A DNA stretch of 64,000 bases from an uncultured bacterium (GCA_963977015.1 CAXBMO010000016.1:64001-128000); one strand, 5' to 3'. Numbered from the stretch's first letter, positions 10,007 through 20,112 are shown. Numbers and translations: made by a program. Notes: generated by a model not told the origin, from the letters alone.

Positions 10007-10336
10007 ATGGTCGCAGCATCCCTCGCCGTTCTACTGTTCGGAGGATGCGCGTCGCTGGATGAAGGTGGCTCCGGAGCCGTGCGCGCCCTGACAAATCCGC
10101 CCAACGTCACTCCCTACCCGTTCAACACCTGCGCTGTGGCGATGTCGCGTCCCCTCGATGCCGAAGGCAAGGTCATCCGTCGCGTCTATCAGGGCCAGGA
10201 AGTCCTCTTTTGCTGCGTCCCCTGTGTCCGCGCTTTCGACATCAATCCGGAACCGTTTATGCCGCGGATTCTGGCTGCGGTCGAGTCGCAACGTCAGGGG
10301 GAAGTGTCACCCTCTCAGGAATTCAATTCCCAATGA
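10007..10336 (+). CDS. YHS/TRASH-like small lipoprotein
   Basis: Lipobox-like LFGGC; motif YPFNTCAV...YQGQEVLFCCVPCVRAFDINP. Confidence 0.75.
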   Translation: MVAASLAVLLFGGCASLDEGGSGAVRALTNPPNVTPYPFNTCAVAMSRPLDAEGKVIRRVYQGQEVLFCCVPCVRAFDINPEPFMPRILAAVESQRQGEVSPSQEFNSQ

Positions 10337-11562
10337 TCCAACACCCTTTTTCACGGTGGCTGCGTCTGTTCACGATCGCCACGTTTTTCACTGCAACCGC
10401 CATTGCGGAAGAATCGTCGGGCCGGTTTCATTTCGATGGGTCGATCTCGCAACCTGTCCTCGAAAACTACCTCTCCCGCGCCGTCACCCATGCCGGCCTT
10501 TGTGCCAGTAGCGCCGATCCCACCACTCGATATTTCAAGGACGACCTCCGAATGATTCTCGACCTCGGAGCCAAGTTCATCGGTCGTGCCGCTTTCGTCT
10601 GGGATTTGCCCAGAAACAACGAAACCCACTTTCAAGCCGCCGCCGATGCCGCGCGCGAGATTCACGAAGGTGATCCCGAGATCATCATCCAGGCGGCGAT
10701 CTTCGAGGTCGTGGAGAAAGGCGTCAATCGGATTGAAATTCCCGCCTGGGCTTTCACCGAGCTCGATCTGCCGATCGAGACCCGCAACTTCAGCTACGAC
10801 GCCATGCTCTTCGACCAGGGCCAGTTTCACAATCACTGGCGCGGCGGGGCCTCGGTCCCTGACATGAGCAAACTCGAAACCCGGCTTTGGTTCTATTACC
10901 GCGCGCGCCGCTACATCGATTGCGGGATTGAGGCGATCCACTTTGGACAAGTCCAGCTCATGGACAACGCCGATCCGTCACATCGGCACTGGATCGATCT
11001 GCTCACGAGAGTCCGCAACTACGCCAAAGAAAACGCCCGGCGCCACTACGTGGTTTGCGATGCCCACACCCACGGCATCTCAGAGCAGGAGCAACTGCTT
11101 TTCGACTTTCACTCCTACCCGATGCGGCTTCGTGAAGTGCCTGGCAAGCCGATGCAGGTTCGTCTCTCCGACCAAACCCGGGGCGATATCTTCGGACGCA
11201 GCCTGGGCGGCATCGCACCGAGCGGATGGAAGTGCGATTCCCTCCCCTACCTCGTCGAATTCGACAACTACGGATACAGTGGTCGGGGCGGTGAGAGCGT
11301 CGGCGGCATCTGGGTTTGGGGTTACGATGAGATGTCCTGGTTTGCCCACCAAACTCCGGAACATCGCGCTGAGTTTTTGCGTTATGCCAACGACTGGATC
11401 GCAAACCTGGATTCTCCCGGCTTTCTTCAAATGCCAACACGGCGCATTCTCGCCGCGCCGGTCGATCGACGACGGATGTATCACGCCAACCTCGCGAGCG
11501 ACACTTGTCCGGACGGCTTCGGCGATGAAGCGGTCATTCGTCAGATTTGGAACGCGCCCTAA
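10333..11562 (+). CDS. Secreted hypothetical protein, possibly a TIM-barrel glycoside hydrolase-like fold
   Basis: ATGA overlap with the previous gene, signal peptide, aromatic-rich sequence (QAAIFE, IEAIHFGQ, LVEFDNYG, WGYDE). Confidence 0.7.
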   Translation: MIQHPFSRWLRLFTIATFFTATAIAEESSGRFHFDGSISQPVLENYLSRAVTHAGLCASSADPTTRYFKDDLRMILDLGAKFIGRAAFVWDLPRNNETHFQAAADAAREIHEGDPEIIIQAAIFEVVEKGVNRIEIPAWAFTELDLPIETRNFSYDAMLFDQGQFHNHWRGGASVPDMSKLETRLWFYYRARRYIDCGIEAIHFGQVQLMDNADPSHRHWIDLLTRVRNYAKENARRHYVVCDAHTHGISEQEQLLFDFHSYPMRLREVPGKPMQVRLSDQTRGDIFGRSLGGIAPSGWKCDSLPYLVEFDNYGYSGRGGESVGGIWVWGYDEMSWFAHQTPEHRAEFLRYANDWIANLDSPGFLQMPTRRILAAPVDRRRMYHANLASDTCPDGFGDEAVIRQIWNAP

Positions 11563-11592
11563 CCCACCTCCTCTCCTTCCCAACCTTCCCTC

Positions 11593-13932
11593 ATGTCAGA
11601 AAAATCACCGTTTAAATTCCGCGGATTCCTCAGCTACAGCCGCCGGGACGCCAAGGAAGCCAAAAAGCTGCATCGCCGCCTCGAACGCTATCAGATTCCG
11701 AAAAGTCTTCGCTCGGTCGCGAAAAAGACGCTTGGAAGATTCTTTCGCGACAAGGAAGAGTTGGCCGCCTCCTCGGAACTGAAGGGCGAGCTCACCGAAA
11801 ACCTGGACGAATCCCAGTGGCTCATCGTGTGTTGCAGTCCCGAAGCTGCCGCCTCCAAATGGGTCAATGCCGAGATTGAGCACGTCATCCAAACCCGGGG
11901 ACGCGACGCCGTTCTCGCCGTCATTCTGGAAGGCGAACCGGAAGCCGTCTTCCCTCCCGCCTTGCAGGATCTTCCGCCGTTGGCTGCCGATTTTCGCCCG
12001 CAGGGAGACGGCCAGGACATCGGCTTTCTCAAACTCGTCGCCGGCATTCTCAATGTGGATCTCGGCGAACTCCGGGATCGGGAAGCAGCTGCGCAACGCC
12101 GCCGCGCCCGGCTGCGTTCGGCTCTCGTCACGCTCTTCGCCCTTCTCGCGATCGCCGCTTCCGTCAGCGCCTATCTTGCGATTCAACAACGCGATCGGGC
12201 CGAAAAGATGGCGCTGGAGGCGATCGACATCGGTGCGGGAGTTGTCGATAAGGCAGGCGATTTATCGCGCACCTATCAGGTTCCCACGGAGGCCGTCGAG
12301 GAAATGCTGACCTTCGCCGAGGAACGCTTCGAGCGTCTCTTTGCAGCGGGGGCGAAAGATCCGGAACTCGAACGGCGACGCGCCCAGTTGCTGCTCAGCT
12401 TCGCCTCGGTCGCGAAGCGAACCGGTGACGTGGCTGCGCAACGGCGTTATGCCGAGACCGCGATCGAACAGATGGCTTCCCTCGTCGAACGCGGCGAAGG
12501 CATTCCCGGCCACTACACTCAGGCGCTGATGACCGCGGGTCAGGCCGCGCTGGCCCAGGGCGACGAGACGACCGGCATGAAGCATTTGGAGGGCGCACTT
12601 TCCATCGCTCGCGCCAGCTACCACGATCGAGACGACACCGACCTCCACATTCGGCATCTCTATGGACGGGCACTCTACGAGATGGCGATGGCCAAGCTCG
12701 CGAATCAGGACGGCGCCGCCGCTCGACCCTTGCTCGAGGAAGCCGTACCGCTCTTCGAAGCGAACCGCAATGAAGCGCCGGACGACGAGATTCACGTCAC
12801 CAACCTGATCGTTTCGCTCGATCTTCTGGGTGGGGCGCAAGCTCTCGACCAGGATCGGGAAGCCGCGCTCGCCACTCTGGAACGCGCCATCGACCAGGGG
12901 CGAACCTGGGTTGAGATCCATCCCGGCAGTCTCACCGCGCGAACCACGCTCGCTACCTCGTTGACCAAACTGGCTCAGCTTCGACTGGATTCCGGCAACG
13001 CTCCCGGGGCCGTCTCCTCCTACCTTGAATCCATCGCCCTGACGCGTGAGCTCGCCGAGATCGACCCGGGGAACGCCGAATTGCAGAACAATCTTTCGCT
13101 TCGTCTCGTGCTTGGCGCTCAGGCGCTTCAAACCGTCGGGGATCTGGACCGGGCGGCTGAATTCACGAATGAAGGGATCGCGCTGACCAAGAATTCCATC
13201 GCCGCCGATCCCACCAACGTCGGGCTCAAGAACACCTACCTCTCCATGCTCGACGCCGGTTATGGCACCGCGTCGCAACGGAATGACGCACCGGGCATGC
13301 TCGCCATCGCCCGGGAACAAGCGGCGCTGCGTGGAGATTTGCGAACCCTTCTCGGGGATTCCACGGCACGCAAAACCGATCACGCCTATGCCCTGGAACG
13401 CGTCGGTGACGCCTCGGCCGCAAACCGCAACCTCGAAGGGATGCTCGAAGCCTATGGAGCCGCCGCCCCGTTGCGCCGCGAGCTCCTCGCTGAAGATCCC
13501 CAATCCATCGACGCCCGGACCGCACTCGCCGGAACGCTCCACGCGCTCGGCTTGAGCCACAAATTCGCCAAGCAAAGCGAAGCGGCCCTCGAAGCGCTCG
13601 GCCAGGCAGCGGAACTTCGCTCCGGCTTGGCCGAGCAGGATCCCGGCAACCGCGACATCGCCTTCGCCGCGTCCGACAGCTTTCAACAACTCGCCATCGT
13701 CCAAGCCGGGATCGACGGCGCCGCCAGCCTCGCGAGTCTGGAGTCTGCCGAAGCCCTGCTCGCCAAGCTGGTGGAGGCGCATCCGGACCACGCCGCCTAC
13801 CAGGAATCGCTCAAAAAGACGCGCGACATCCTGCAGATGATCCGCGAATCGCTCGCGCCCGTGCCGGAATCCGCCCTCTCGCCACCTGAGGAGACTTCCA
13901 ACCCTGAAGCGCCTGAAGATTCTCCCGAATAG
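11593..13932 (+). CDS. TIR domain - transmembrane helix - TPR repeat protein
   Basis: TIR motifs FLSYSRRD, FFRDKEEL, LIVCCSPEAAASKWVNAEI; TM SALVTLFALLAIAASVSAYLAI after an Arg-rich patch; helical repeats of the RELAEIDPGNAELQ type. Confidence 0.9.
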   Translation: MSEKSPFKFRGFLSYSRRDAKEAKKLHRRLERYQIPKSLRSVAKKTLGRFFRDKEELAASSELKGELTENLDESQWLIVCCSPEAAASKWVNAEIEHVIQTRGRDAVLAVILEGEPEAVFPPALQDLPPLAADFRPQGDGQDIGFLKLVAGILNVDLGELRDREAAAQRRRARLRSALVTLFALLAIAASVSAYLAIQQRDRAEKMALEAIDIGAGVVDKAGDLSRTYQVPTEAVEEMLTFAEERFERLFAAGAKDPELERRRAQLLLSFASVAKRTGDVAAQRRYAETAIEQMASLVERGEGIPGHYTQALMTAGQAALAQGDETTGMKHLEGALSIARASYHDRDDTDLHIRHLYGRALYEMAMAKLANQDGAAARPLLEEAVPLFEANRNEAPDDEIHVTNLIVSLDLLGGAQALDQDREAALATLERAIDQGRTWVEIHPGSLTARTTLATSLTKLAQLRLDSGNAPGAVSSYLESIALTRELAEIDPGNAELQNNLSLRLVLGAQALQTVGDLDRAAEFTNEGIALTKNSIAADPTNVGLKNTYLSMLDAGYGTASQRNDAPGMLAIAREQAALRGDLRTLLGDSTARKTDHAYALERVGDASAANRNLEGMLEAYGAAAPLRRELLAEDPQSIDARTALAGTLHALGLSHKFAKQSEAALEALGQAAELRSGLAEQDPGNRDIAFAASDSFQQLAIVQAGIDGAASLASLESAEALLAKLVEAHPDHAAYQESLKKTRDILQMIRESLAPVPESALSPPEETSNPEAPEDSPE

Positions 13933-13940
13933 GAGAAGCC

Positions 13941-14015
13941 CGTAGCGGAAGATGCCAAATCTTCCGATCACCCGCGCTACCATGCGATGTCGGAATTTTT
14001 GCAAATTCCGCTACG
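13941..14015. repeat. GTAG-type REP doublet (REPIN-like)
   Basis: CGTAGCGGAAGATGCCAAATCTTCCG (13941-13966) and inverted CGGAATTTTTGCAAATTCCGCTACG (13991-14015); each arm is itself a hairpin. Confidence 0.8.
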
Positions 14016-14055
14016 ACCGGACCGAATCAACCCTTCACTCTCGCATCCGTTCTGC

Positions 14056-14451
14056 TCAGCCTCCCTTCTCCACCTCCTCCATCAAGATCCTGAGCGCACC
14101 GCCGGAGTGCCAGATTTCGATGACGAGGGCGGCGAGGGAGAGGGCCATGAGGAAGAGGGCGAGGCCGAAGTTGATCGTGGCGAGGATTTCGGCGTTGAGG
14201 AGGATGGAGATCATGGAGGTGACGCAGAGGAGGAGGCTGACGGCGCCGAGCCATTGCATCCAGCGGATCAGGCGCAGACGGAGACGCAGGTTGTCGATCT
14301 GGCGCTTGAGGTGCTCGCAGCCGCGGTCGATCCAGTCCTGGTGAAGCTGGCGGATGAGGGCGGCGAGGTGGAGAAAGCGGTTGGTGTAGGAGAGGAAGAG
14401 CAGGGAGATGGCGGGAAAGAGGAGCGCGGGAGTGGTGATGTCGATCTTCAC
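14056..14451 (-). CDS. DUF2721 family membrane protein
   Basis: ITTPALLFPAISLLFLSYTNRFLHLAALIRQLH...QIDNLRLRLRLIR; GTG start inferred. Confidence 0.85.
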   Translation of the reverse strand: MKIDITTPALLFPAISLLFLSYTNRFLHLAALIRQLHQDWIDRGCEHLKRQIDNLRLRLRLIRWMQWLGAVSLLLCVTSMISILLNAEILATINFGLALFLMALSLAALVIEIWHSGGALRILMEEVEKGG

Positions 14452-14588
14452 GGTCGGAAGGTGGATTGGAAGGCAGGCGGTGTCCAGATTCACCTGTGTC
14501 ATGCTGGAGAGCGGACGGCCAAATTGAGATGGGGACGAGGGTGGAGCCAAGGGTGAAGTTGGGCTACCATGCGGCTTTTCCAACGTTT

Positions 14589-15584
14589 ATGAGTCTTCAC
14601 ATTCAGGTTCTCGGCAATCCCGGGCGCGACAACGCGCTTTGGGTCCGCTTGGATACCGGTCAACGCATCGTCAGCCTGCTCTTTGATTGCGGGCAGGGAG
14701 TGTTAACGCGGTTTGGTTCGTCGGAGGTGAAGGAGATCGATCACCTGTTGTTTTCCCACTTTCACATGGATCACATCTCGGGATTCGACGCGTTTTTTCG
14801 GGCGAATTTCAACCGGGAGACGAAGCCGATCGAGATCTGGGGACCGGCGCGAACGATCGAAATCATGCATCATCGGTTTCGAGGCTTCTGGTGGAATCTC
14901 CACGCGGATCAATCCGGGATCTGGGATGTAAACGAGGTGGTTCCCGGAAGGGTCGAACGAAGTCGATTCCGGACGGCTGAAGCGTTTGCCACCGCGGAGA
15001 AATCTCCCTCTCGCCCGATCACGGATGGAGTAATTCTGGATGATCCGGATTTTACGGTGAAAGCGATTCAAATGAAGCATCATGGCCCATCGCTCGGTTA
15101 CCTGGTTCGGGAGAAAACGCGGAGCAATATTGATCCCGAAAAACTTCTGAGCACGGGTCTCAAACCCGGCCCCTGGGTTCGGCAGCTAAAGGACGGGAGC
15201 GAGGAAATCGAGGTCGACGGAAAGATGTTGGACGCCGCAACACTCCGCGCTGATTTGTTGGTGGAGACGAAGGGAGAATCCGTGGCTTATCTGACGGACT
15301 TTCTGCTCGATGCGGAAACCCGGGCCCGGCTGGAAACCTGGCTGGCGGATTGCGAAACGGTCATTTGTGAGGCGCAGTATCATCACACGGATCTGGAGTT
15401 GGCGCTCCGCAATCATCATACGACGACCAAGCTGGTCGCTAAGTTGGCAAAGGCTTCCAAGGTTGAGAAGCTGATTTTGTTTCACCTTTCCCAGCGGTAT
15501 CGACCCTCGGAATGGTTGGCGATGCTGAAAGAGGCCCGGGCGATTTTTCCCAACACCTCGTTCCCCGCGCATTGGAAGCTATGA
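14589..15584 (+). CDS. Ribonuclease Z-like metallo-beta-lactamase fold protein
   Basis: LFDCG, SHFHMDH, GLKPGPW exosite-like segment, YLTD, CEAQY, HHTT, LFHLSQRY. Confidence 0.85.
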   Translation: MSLHIQVLGNPGRDNALWVRLDTGQRIVSLLFDCGQGVLTRFGSSEVKEIDHLLFSHFHMDHISGFDAFFRANFNRETKPIEIWGPARTIEIMHHRFRGFWWNLHADQSGIWDVNEVVPGRVERSRFRTAEAFATAEKSPSRPITDGVILDDPDFTVKAIQMKHHGPSLGYLVREKTRSNIDPEKLLSTGLKPGPWVRQLKDGSEEIEVDGKMLDAATLRADLLVETKGESVAYLTDFLLDAETRARLETWLADCETVICEAQYHHTDLELALRNHHTTTKLVAKLAKASKVEKLILFHLSQRYRPSEWLAMLKEARAIFPNTSFPAHWKL

Positions 15585-16886
15585 GGCGGGTTTCGCCTGA
15601 TGGCGTTTCGCTACATAGTAAACGGCAAATCCGGCAACGAGAGTCAGCAGGCCCCAGAGTGTTTCGCCCGGGCGTTCCGACGCAAACTTGACGAGCATCA
15701 ATACGGTTGCCGCGAGAAAGATGATCGGCGTGACCGGGTATCCCCAGGTTTTATACGGCCGATCCGCTTCGGGACGGCGAACGCGCAGGACAAAGACGGC
15801 AAGCACGACAAGGAACGAAGAGACAAAAAGGAGCGCCTGTATATAATAGATGAGGCTTTCGAACGTGCTGGTAACAAGAAGAATCAGGACGATGGCTGAC
15901 TGAAGCAGAATGGCCCAACCTGGTGAACCGAAACGATTCTTGACCGAGAGAAAGCCGAACAGGCGATAGTCCTCGGCCATGACCTGGGTCACGCGCGGAC
16001 CGGCCCAGATCATGGAACTGATGGTTGAGACGAGACCAAAGCTGATGAGCAATCCCATGACCTTCCCGCCTTGCTCACCAAAGATATGCGTTGCGGCAAT
16101 GAGCCCCACTTCCTCCTGAAGCTTCATCTCCTCGACCGGCGTGACGTGGAGAAACGCCGCGTTGAGCATGATATATAAGAGCGTGACGACACCAGTCCCC
16201 ACGACCAACGCAAGCGGAACATTGCGCCCGGGATTGCGCACTTCGCCCGCGACATAGGCCGCCGCATTCCACCCGCTATAGGCATACATGACCCAGAACA
16301 AGGAAATGGCGAACGCAGGTTGAAAGATCAATTCCAAGTCTCCCGGTTGGGGAAGTAAACTGACACCCTGGCCTTTTCCAATCACGAAGGCGAAGAAGCT
16401 CAGCAGGAGAATGAGGAGAACCTTGCCACTGGTGAACGCAATCTGAAACTGGCTTGCCGTGCGGACCCCACGCAGGTGCACCAGCGTGACGAGAATCACG
16501 AGAATCGCGGCGTAGAGTTCTCCCCGACCGACACCGGTGATGGCGCCCATGTATTCTCCAAAGGCGAGGCCGGCGGCGGCGATCGGCGCGCCAAACCCGA
16601 CCGTGACCGAGATCCAACCGCTCAGGAATCCGAGCAGGGGATGATAGCCTTCGGAAAGGAGATGATATTCGCCACCGCTGCGGGGCATCATCGCCGCGAG
16701 TTCGCCGTAGCAGACGGCCCCGCAAAAGGAAAGCACACCACCAATGAGCCAGAGAAGGAGAATCGGAAAGCCGGATGGAATGTCGACCACTTGAAATCCC
16801 AGGCTGGTGAACACGCCAACGCCAACCATATTTGCAACGACGATCGCGATAGCGGTGAGGAGGGAGATTTTGGGCTCGGGGCTCAT
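15579..16886 (-). CDS. APC family amino acid permease
   Basis: VANMVGVGVF, CYGELAAMMPRSGGEY, YAYSGWN, AGEVRNP, RPYKTWGYP; many TM helices. Confidence 0.92.
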   Translation of the reverse strand: MSPEPKISLLTAIAIVVANMVGVGVFTSLGFQVVDIPSGFPILLLWLIGGVLSFCGAVCYGELAAMMPRSGGEYHLLSEGYHPLLGFLSGWISVTVGFGAPIAAAGLAFGEYMGAITGVGRGELYAAILVILVTLVHLRGVRTASQFQIAFTSGKVLLILLLSFFAFVIGKGQGVSLLPQPGDLELIFQPAFAISLFWVMYAYSGWNAAAYVAGEVRNPGRNVPLALVVGTGVVTLLYIMLNAAFLHVTPVEEMKLQEEVGLIAATHIFGEQGGKVMGLLISFGLVSTISSMIWAGPRVTQVMAEDYRLFGFLSVKNRFGSPGWAILLQSAIVLILLVTSTFESLIYYIQALLFVSSFLVVLAVFVLRVRRPEADRPYKTWGYPVTPIIFLAATVLMLVKFASERPGETLWGLLTLVAGFAVYYVAKRHQAKPAS

Positions 16887-17003
16887 AGGCTTAGGAACGG
16901 CAGAATCTGAGACAATGCCATCATAAATCAGCCTAATTTTCGAAGGTTTTAGACCTTTCATAACTTTCAAAATCCGATTATCCTTCCGCTCACGAAACGA
17001 TCC

Positions 17004-18167
17004 ATGAAATTTGCGTACACTCTCCTCGTTCTCGTCTCGGTTTTGGGGCTGACCCAATGCAAGAATGCTTCCCAGGCCCAAGGCGGTTTCTCCAAGCCTG
17101 CAGCGTTCGGCAAGAAAGCCAAGAAACAGAAACACATCGTCGATCTCGGTACGAGTTATTCCGCCAAGAACTACGATCACATCAACGACACGGCACGGTT
17201 TCTGGCCGGCATGCCGGGGGGAATCAATTCTCCGCTCGCAGACCAACGCCGGACCTCCGCGTGGCAACAACACCATGCCAGCATGGACAAGATGTTCGAT
17301 TATTTCGCGCGGTCCCGCCAGTCATCCATCATGAGCTGGCAAGGTTCCGAGTTAGGTGATGTGAGCAATCGCAACGTCTTCTATCCGTTTGGCGGCCCGG
17401 ACTACCTCTACGCACACACCTTCTTTCCGCGGGCGAGTCGTTATGTCCTCGTTGGCTTGGAGCCGGTTGGTTCCGTGCCGGATATCGCGACGCTTTCAGG
17501 CGGAGATTTGACACCGAGCTTGAACAATTTGAAGGCGTCGATGAGTTCAGCGACGAATTTCAGCTACTTCATCACGAAAGACATGCGGGCCGACCTCTCG
17601 CGGACGAGCATCAACGGAACGCTCCCGATCGTGATGACGTTCATGGCACGGACCGGGCATCGGATCCAGTCGGTGAACAAATTGAGCAGCCCGGCTCCGG
17701 GATTCCACATTCTGGCGACCGGGCCGAGCGGCGGAACGAAGAGCGTCTACTACTTTCAAAAGGATCTCTCCAACAGCGGGATTTCCGCCAACAGCAACTT
17801 TCTCAGTTTTGTGACGAGCGTGGGTGCTCCGACCACGTTTTTGAAGAGCGCGTCGTATCTGATGCATCGCAACAGCTTCTCGAACATTCGAAACGCCATT
17901 TTGAGCCGGAGCTACGCGGTGGTTCAGGATCCATCGGGCATTCCGTTCAACGCGATTGCGCAAAGCGGCTATAACGTTCGGCTTTACGGCCAGTATTCCG
18001 GGACGCTCGACATTTTTCGCGAACACTATCAGCCGGAACTCGCGAGCGGATACAGCAGCGGACAGTTTCGGGTAAAGCCACTGCCATTCGGAGTTGGTTA
18101 CAAGCAAACATCGCTGATTGTGGCGAAGCGCGGGGTTAGCCTCGACCCGATTTTGGCTCAGTATTGA
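17004..18167 (+). CDS. Conserved hypothetical lipoprotein (YPFxGPD motif)
   Basis: Signal peptide ending LTQC; motifs VFYPFGGPD, YVLVGLEPVG, SYFITKDM, FLKSASYLMH, LPFGVGY. Confidence 0.75.
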   Translation: MKFAYTLLVLVSVLGLTQCKNASQAQGGFSKPAAFGKKAKKQKHIVDLGTSYSAKNYDHINDTARFLAGMPGGINSPLADQRRTSAWQQHHASMDKMFDYFARSRQSSIMSWQGSELGDVSNRNVFYPFGGPDYLYAHTFFPRASRYVLVGLEPVGSVPDIATLSGGDLTPSLNNLKASMSSATNFSYFITKDMRADLSRTSINGTLPIVMTFMARTGHRIQSVNKLSSPAPGFHILATGPSGGTKSVYYFQKDLSNSGISANSNFLSFVTSVGAPTTFLKSASYLMHRNSFSNIRNAILSRSYAVVQDPSGIPFNAIAQSGYNVRLYGQYSGTLDIFREHYQPELASGYSSGQFRVKPLPFGVGYKQTSLIVAKRGVSLDPILAQY

Positions 18168-18251
18168 TCGGAATTTCCGCAATTCGGGCTTGAGAAGGTT
18201 CACGTTTTTCGTGGGACGTGGAAAATCACGTAAATCTGGCACGTGGGAAGC

Positions 18252-18279
18252 TTGACGGCACCCTAGGCTTCCCTACAAT
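18252..18279 (+). promoter_or_regulatory. Sigma70-type promoter of the transporter gene
   Basis: TTGACG-N16-TACAAT, 33 nt upstream of ATG 18313. Confidence 0.65.
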
Positions 18280-18312
18280 CGCCCGACTGTTACGCACACA
18301 CCTGAAAATCCC

Positions 18313-20067
18313 ATGGACTCTGATAAACTAGCGCAAGAGCGCGCCGAACTTGCCGAGATCAATCAAAAGCCGTTTTTGAACCGTCTCGGGTATTACACCA
18401 AGAAGTCTGGCCCCGGCTGGCTCCAAGGCGCCATCACCCTCGGGGGCGGTTCGCTGGCAGGTGCGATGTATTTGGGCGTGTTCATGGGTTACAACATGAT
18501 GTGGATCCAGCCGTTGGCGATGATCCTGGGTGTGGTGATGCTGAGCGCGATTTCCTACGTGACGCTGAGCACGGGCCAACGGCCGTTTGGAGCAATTAAC
18601 GAGCATGTTTCGCCGGTCCTGGGTTGGGCCTGGCTCATTGCCGCGACCATGGCCAACATCGTTTGGTGCATGCCGCAATTTGCCCTGGGGACGGCCGCGA
18701 TTCAGCAAAACCTGGGCTTCGAGCTACCCACGGCCCTCATCTGCTTCGTCCTCCTCGGAGTCGCGTTTGCCGTGAACTTTTCGTATGAAAGCGGGAGCAA
18801 GGGAATTGCGCTCTTTGAGCTGATTCTGAAGGTTTTGGTCGGGATTGTGGTCATTTCGTTCTTCGGCGTCGTCGTCGCGCTTTCCTCCTCGGGGGTTCTC
18901 GATTGGGCTGCCGTTTTCAAAGGGATGATTCCGAATTTCGGACTCTTCAGCAGTCCGGCTCCGACCTACAACGAGTTTATCGCCGCAACGGGCGACTTTG
19001 CCTCCTACTGGACGAACAAGATCAACGCGGACCAACGCGACATCATGATCACCGCCTTCGGCACTGCCGTCGGGATCAACATGACCTTCCTCCTCCCCTA
19101 CTCCATGCTGAAAAAGAAATGGGGAACCGAGCATCGTCCGCTTGCGATTGTCGACCTGTCGATTGGTTTGATCGTTCCTTTCGTGCTCGCCACGGGCTGC
19201 GTGGTGATCGCCGCCGCGTCCCAGTTTCACACCAAGTATGACGACGTTCTCGACGAATCCGGAAATGTCCAGGCCGCCATGGCGAACGGATTCAACGGGA
19301 TCGCCGATGGCCGAATCAAGGCTGAGCTTGGTGAGAAAGCGTTCGGCATGCTTTCGGCTGACGAACTTGCAGAGATCCGAAAAGACCGCAAAGGCGCCAG
19401 CGATAGCGAAATCAAGGCGGTCCTCGCCGGCAAAGCCATCGGCGCGCTTTCCGCCGAGGAACTTGATCAGGTGCGGGCCAATCTGCCTCTCGCCGACAAG
19501 CAGATGGCCGCGATGCTGGTTCGCCGCGACAACTTCAAACTGGCAAGCGCTCTGGAGCCCTTGACCGGGAAGGCGGTTGCTCAGGTCGTCTTTGGAATCG
19601 GTGTTTTGGGAATGGCGCTTTCCACCATCATCATTTTGATGCTGATCAACGGCTTCACCTTCTGCGAGATGCTCGGCAAACCCGGAAATCGCGCGATTCA
19701 CCTGACCGGTTGTCTCGTCGCCGGAATTGCCGGGTTCATGGGGCCGTTCCTCTGGGGCAACGCCAATGCCAAAGCCGCGCTCGCCATTCCGACCTCCGTC
19801 ATTGGCTTCAGCATGCTGCCGATCGCCTACTTCACCTTCCTCCTGCTCATGAACAGCAAGAAAGTCCTGGGATCGAACATGCCCAAGGCGGGCTCCAAGA
19901 TCGCCTGGGATGTGCTCATGACGATTTCGACGCTTGTGGCGACGATGGGCTCTGTCTGGGTCCTCTCCAGCAAAGGGTTCTGGGGCCAGGTCGGCATCGC
20001 CGTTTTGGTCGCACTTTTCGTCATCGGGCTCATCGGCTTCCTTTCGAAGAACAAGAAGTCGGCGTAG
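18313..20067 (+). CDS. Nramp-like / divalent metal cation transporter family protein
   Basis: SGPGWLQGAITLGGGS N-terminal motif, TAVGINMTF, about 11-12 hydrophobic segments. Confidence 0.75.
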   Translation: MDSDKLAQERAELAEINQKPFLNRLGYYTKKSGPGWLQGAITLGGGSLAGAMYLGVFMGYNMMWIQPLAMILGVVMLSAISYVTLSTGQRPFGAINEHVSPVLGWAWLIAATMANIVWCMPQFALGTAAIQQNLGFELPTALICFVLLGVAFAVNFSYESGSKGIALFELILKVLVGIVVISFFGVVVALSSSGVLDWAAVFKGMIPNFGLFSSPAPTYNEFIAATGDFASYWTNKINADQRDIMITAFGTAVGINMTFLLPYSMLKKKWGTEHRPLAIVDLSIGLIVPFVLATGCVVIAAASQFHTKYDDVLDESGNVQAAMANGFNGIADGRIKAELGEKAFGMLSADELAEIRKDRKGASDSEIKAVLAGKAIGALSAEELDQVRANLPLADKQMAAMLVRRDNFKLASALEPLTGKAVAQVVFGIGVLGMALSTIIILMLINGFTFCEMLGKPGNRAIHLTGCLVAGIAGFMGPFLWGNANAKAALAIPTSVIGFSMLPIAYFTFLLLMNSKKVLGSNMPKAGSKIAWDVLMTISTLVATMGSVWVLSSKGFWGQVGIAVLVALFVIGLIGFLSKNKKSA

Positions 20068-20112
20068 ATTCATCTCGATTGCTTTGAGCTCAGAAGTCCG
20101 TTAGTTTCCAGA

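Noticed and set aside
12262-14004. 580-aa antisense ORF, and similar long antisense ORFs at 18724, 26562, 36808, 44266 and 45746
   Set aside because: They mirror well-supported genes on the opposite strand, which is expected in GC-rich DNA with biased codon usage.
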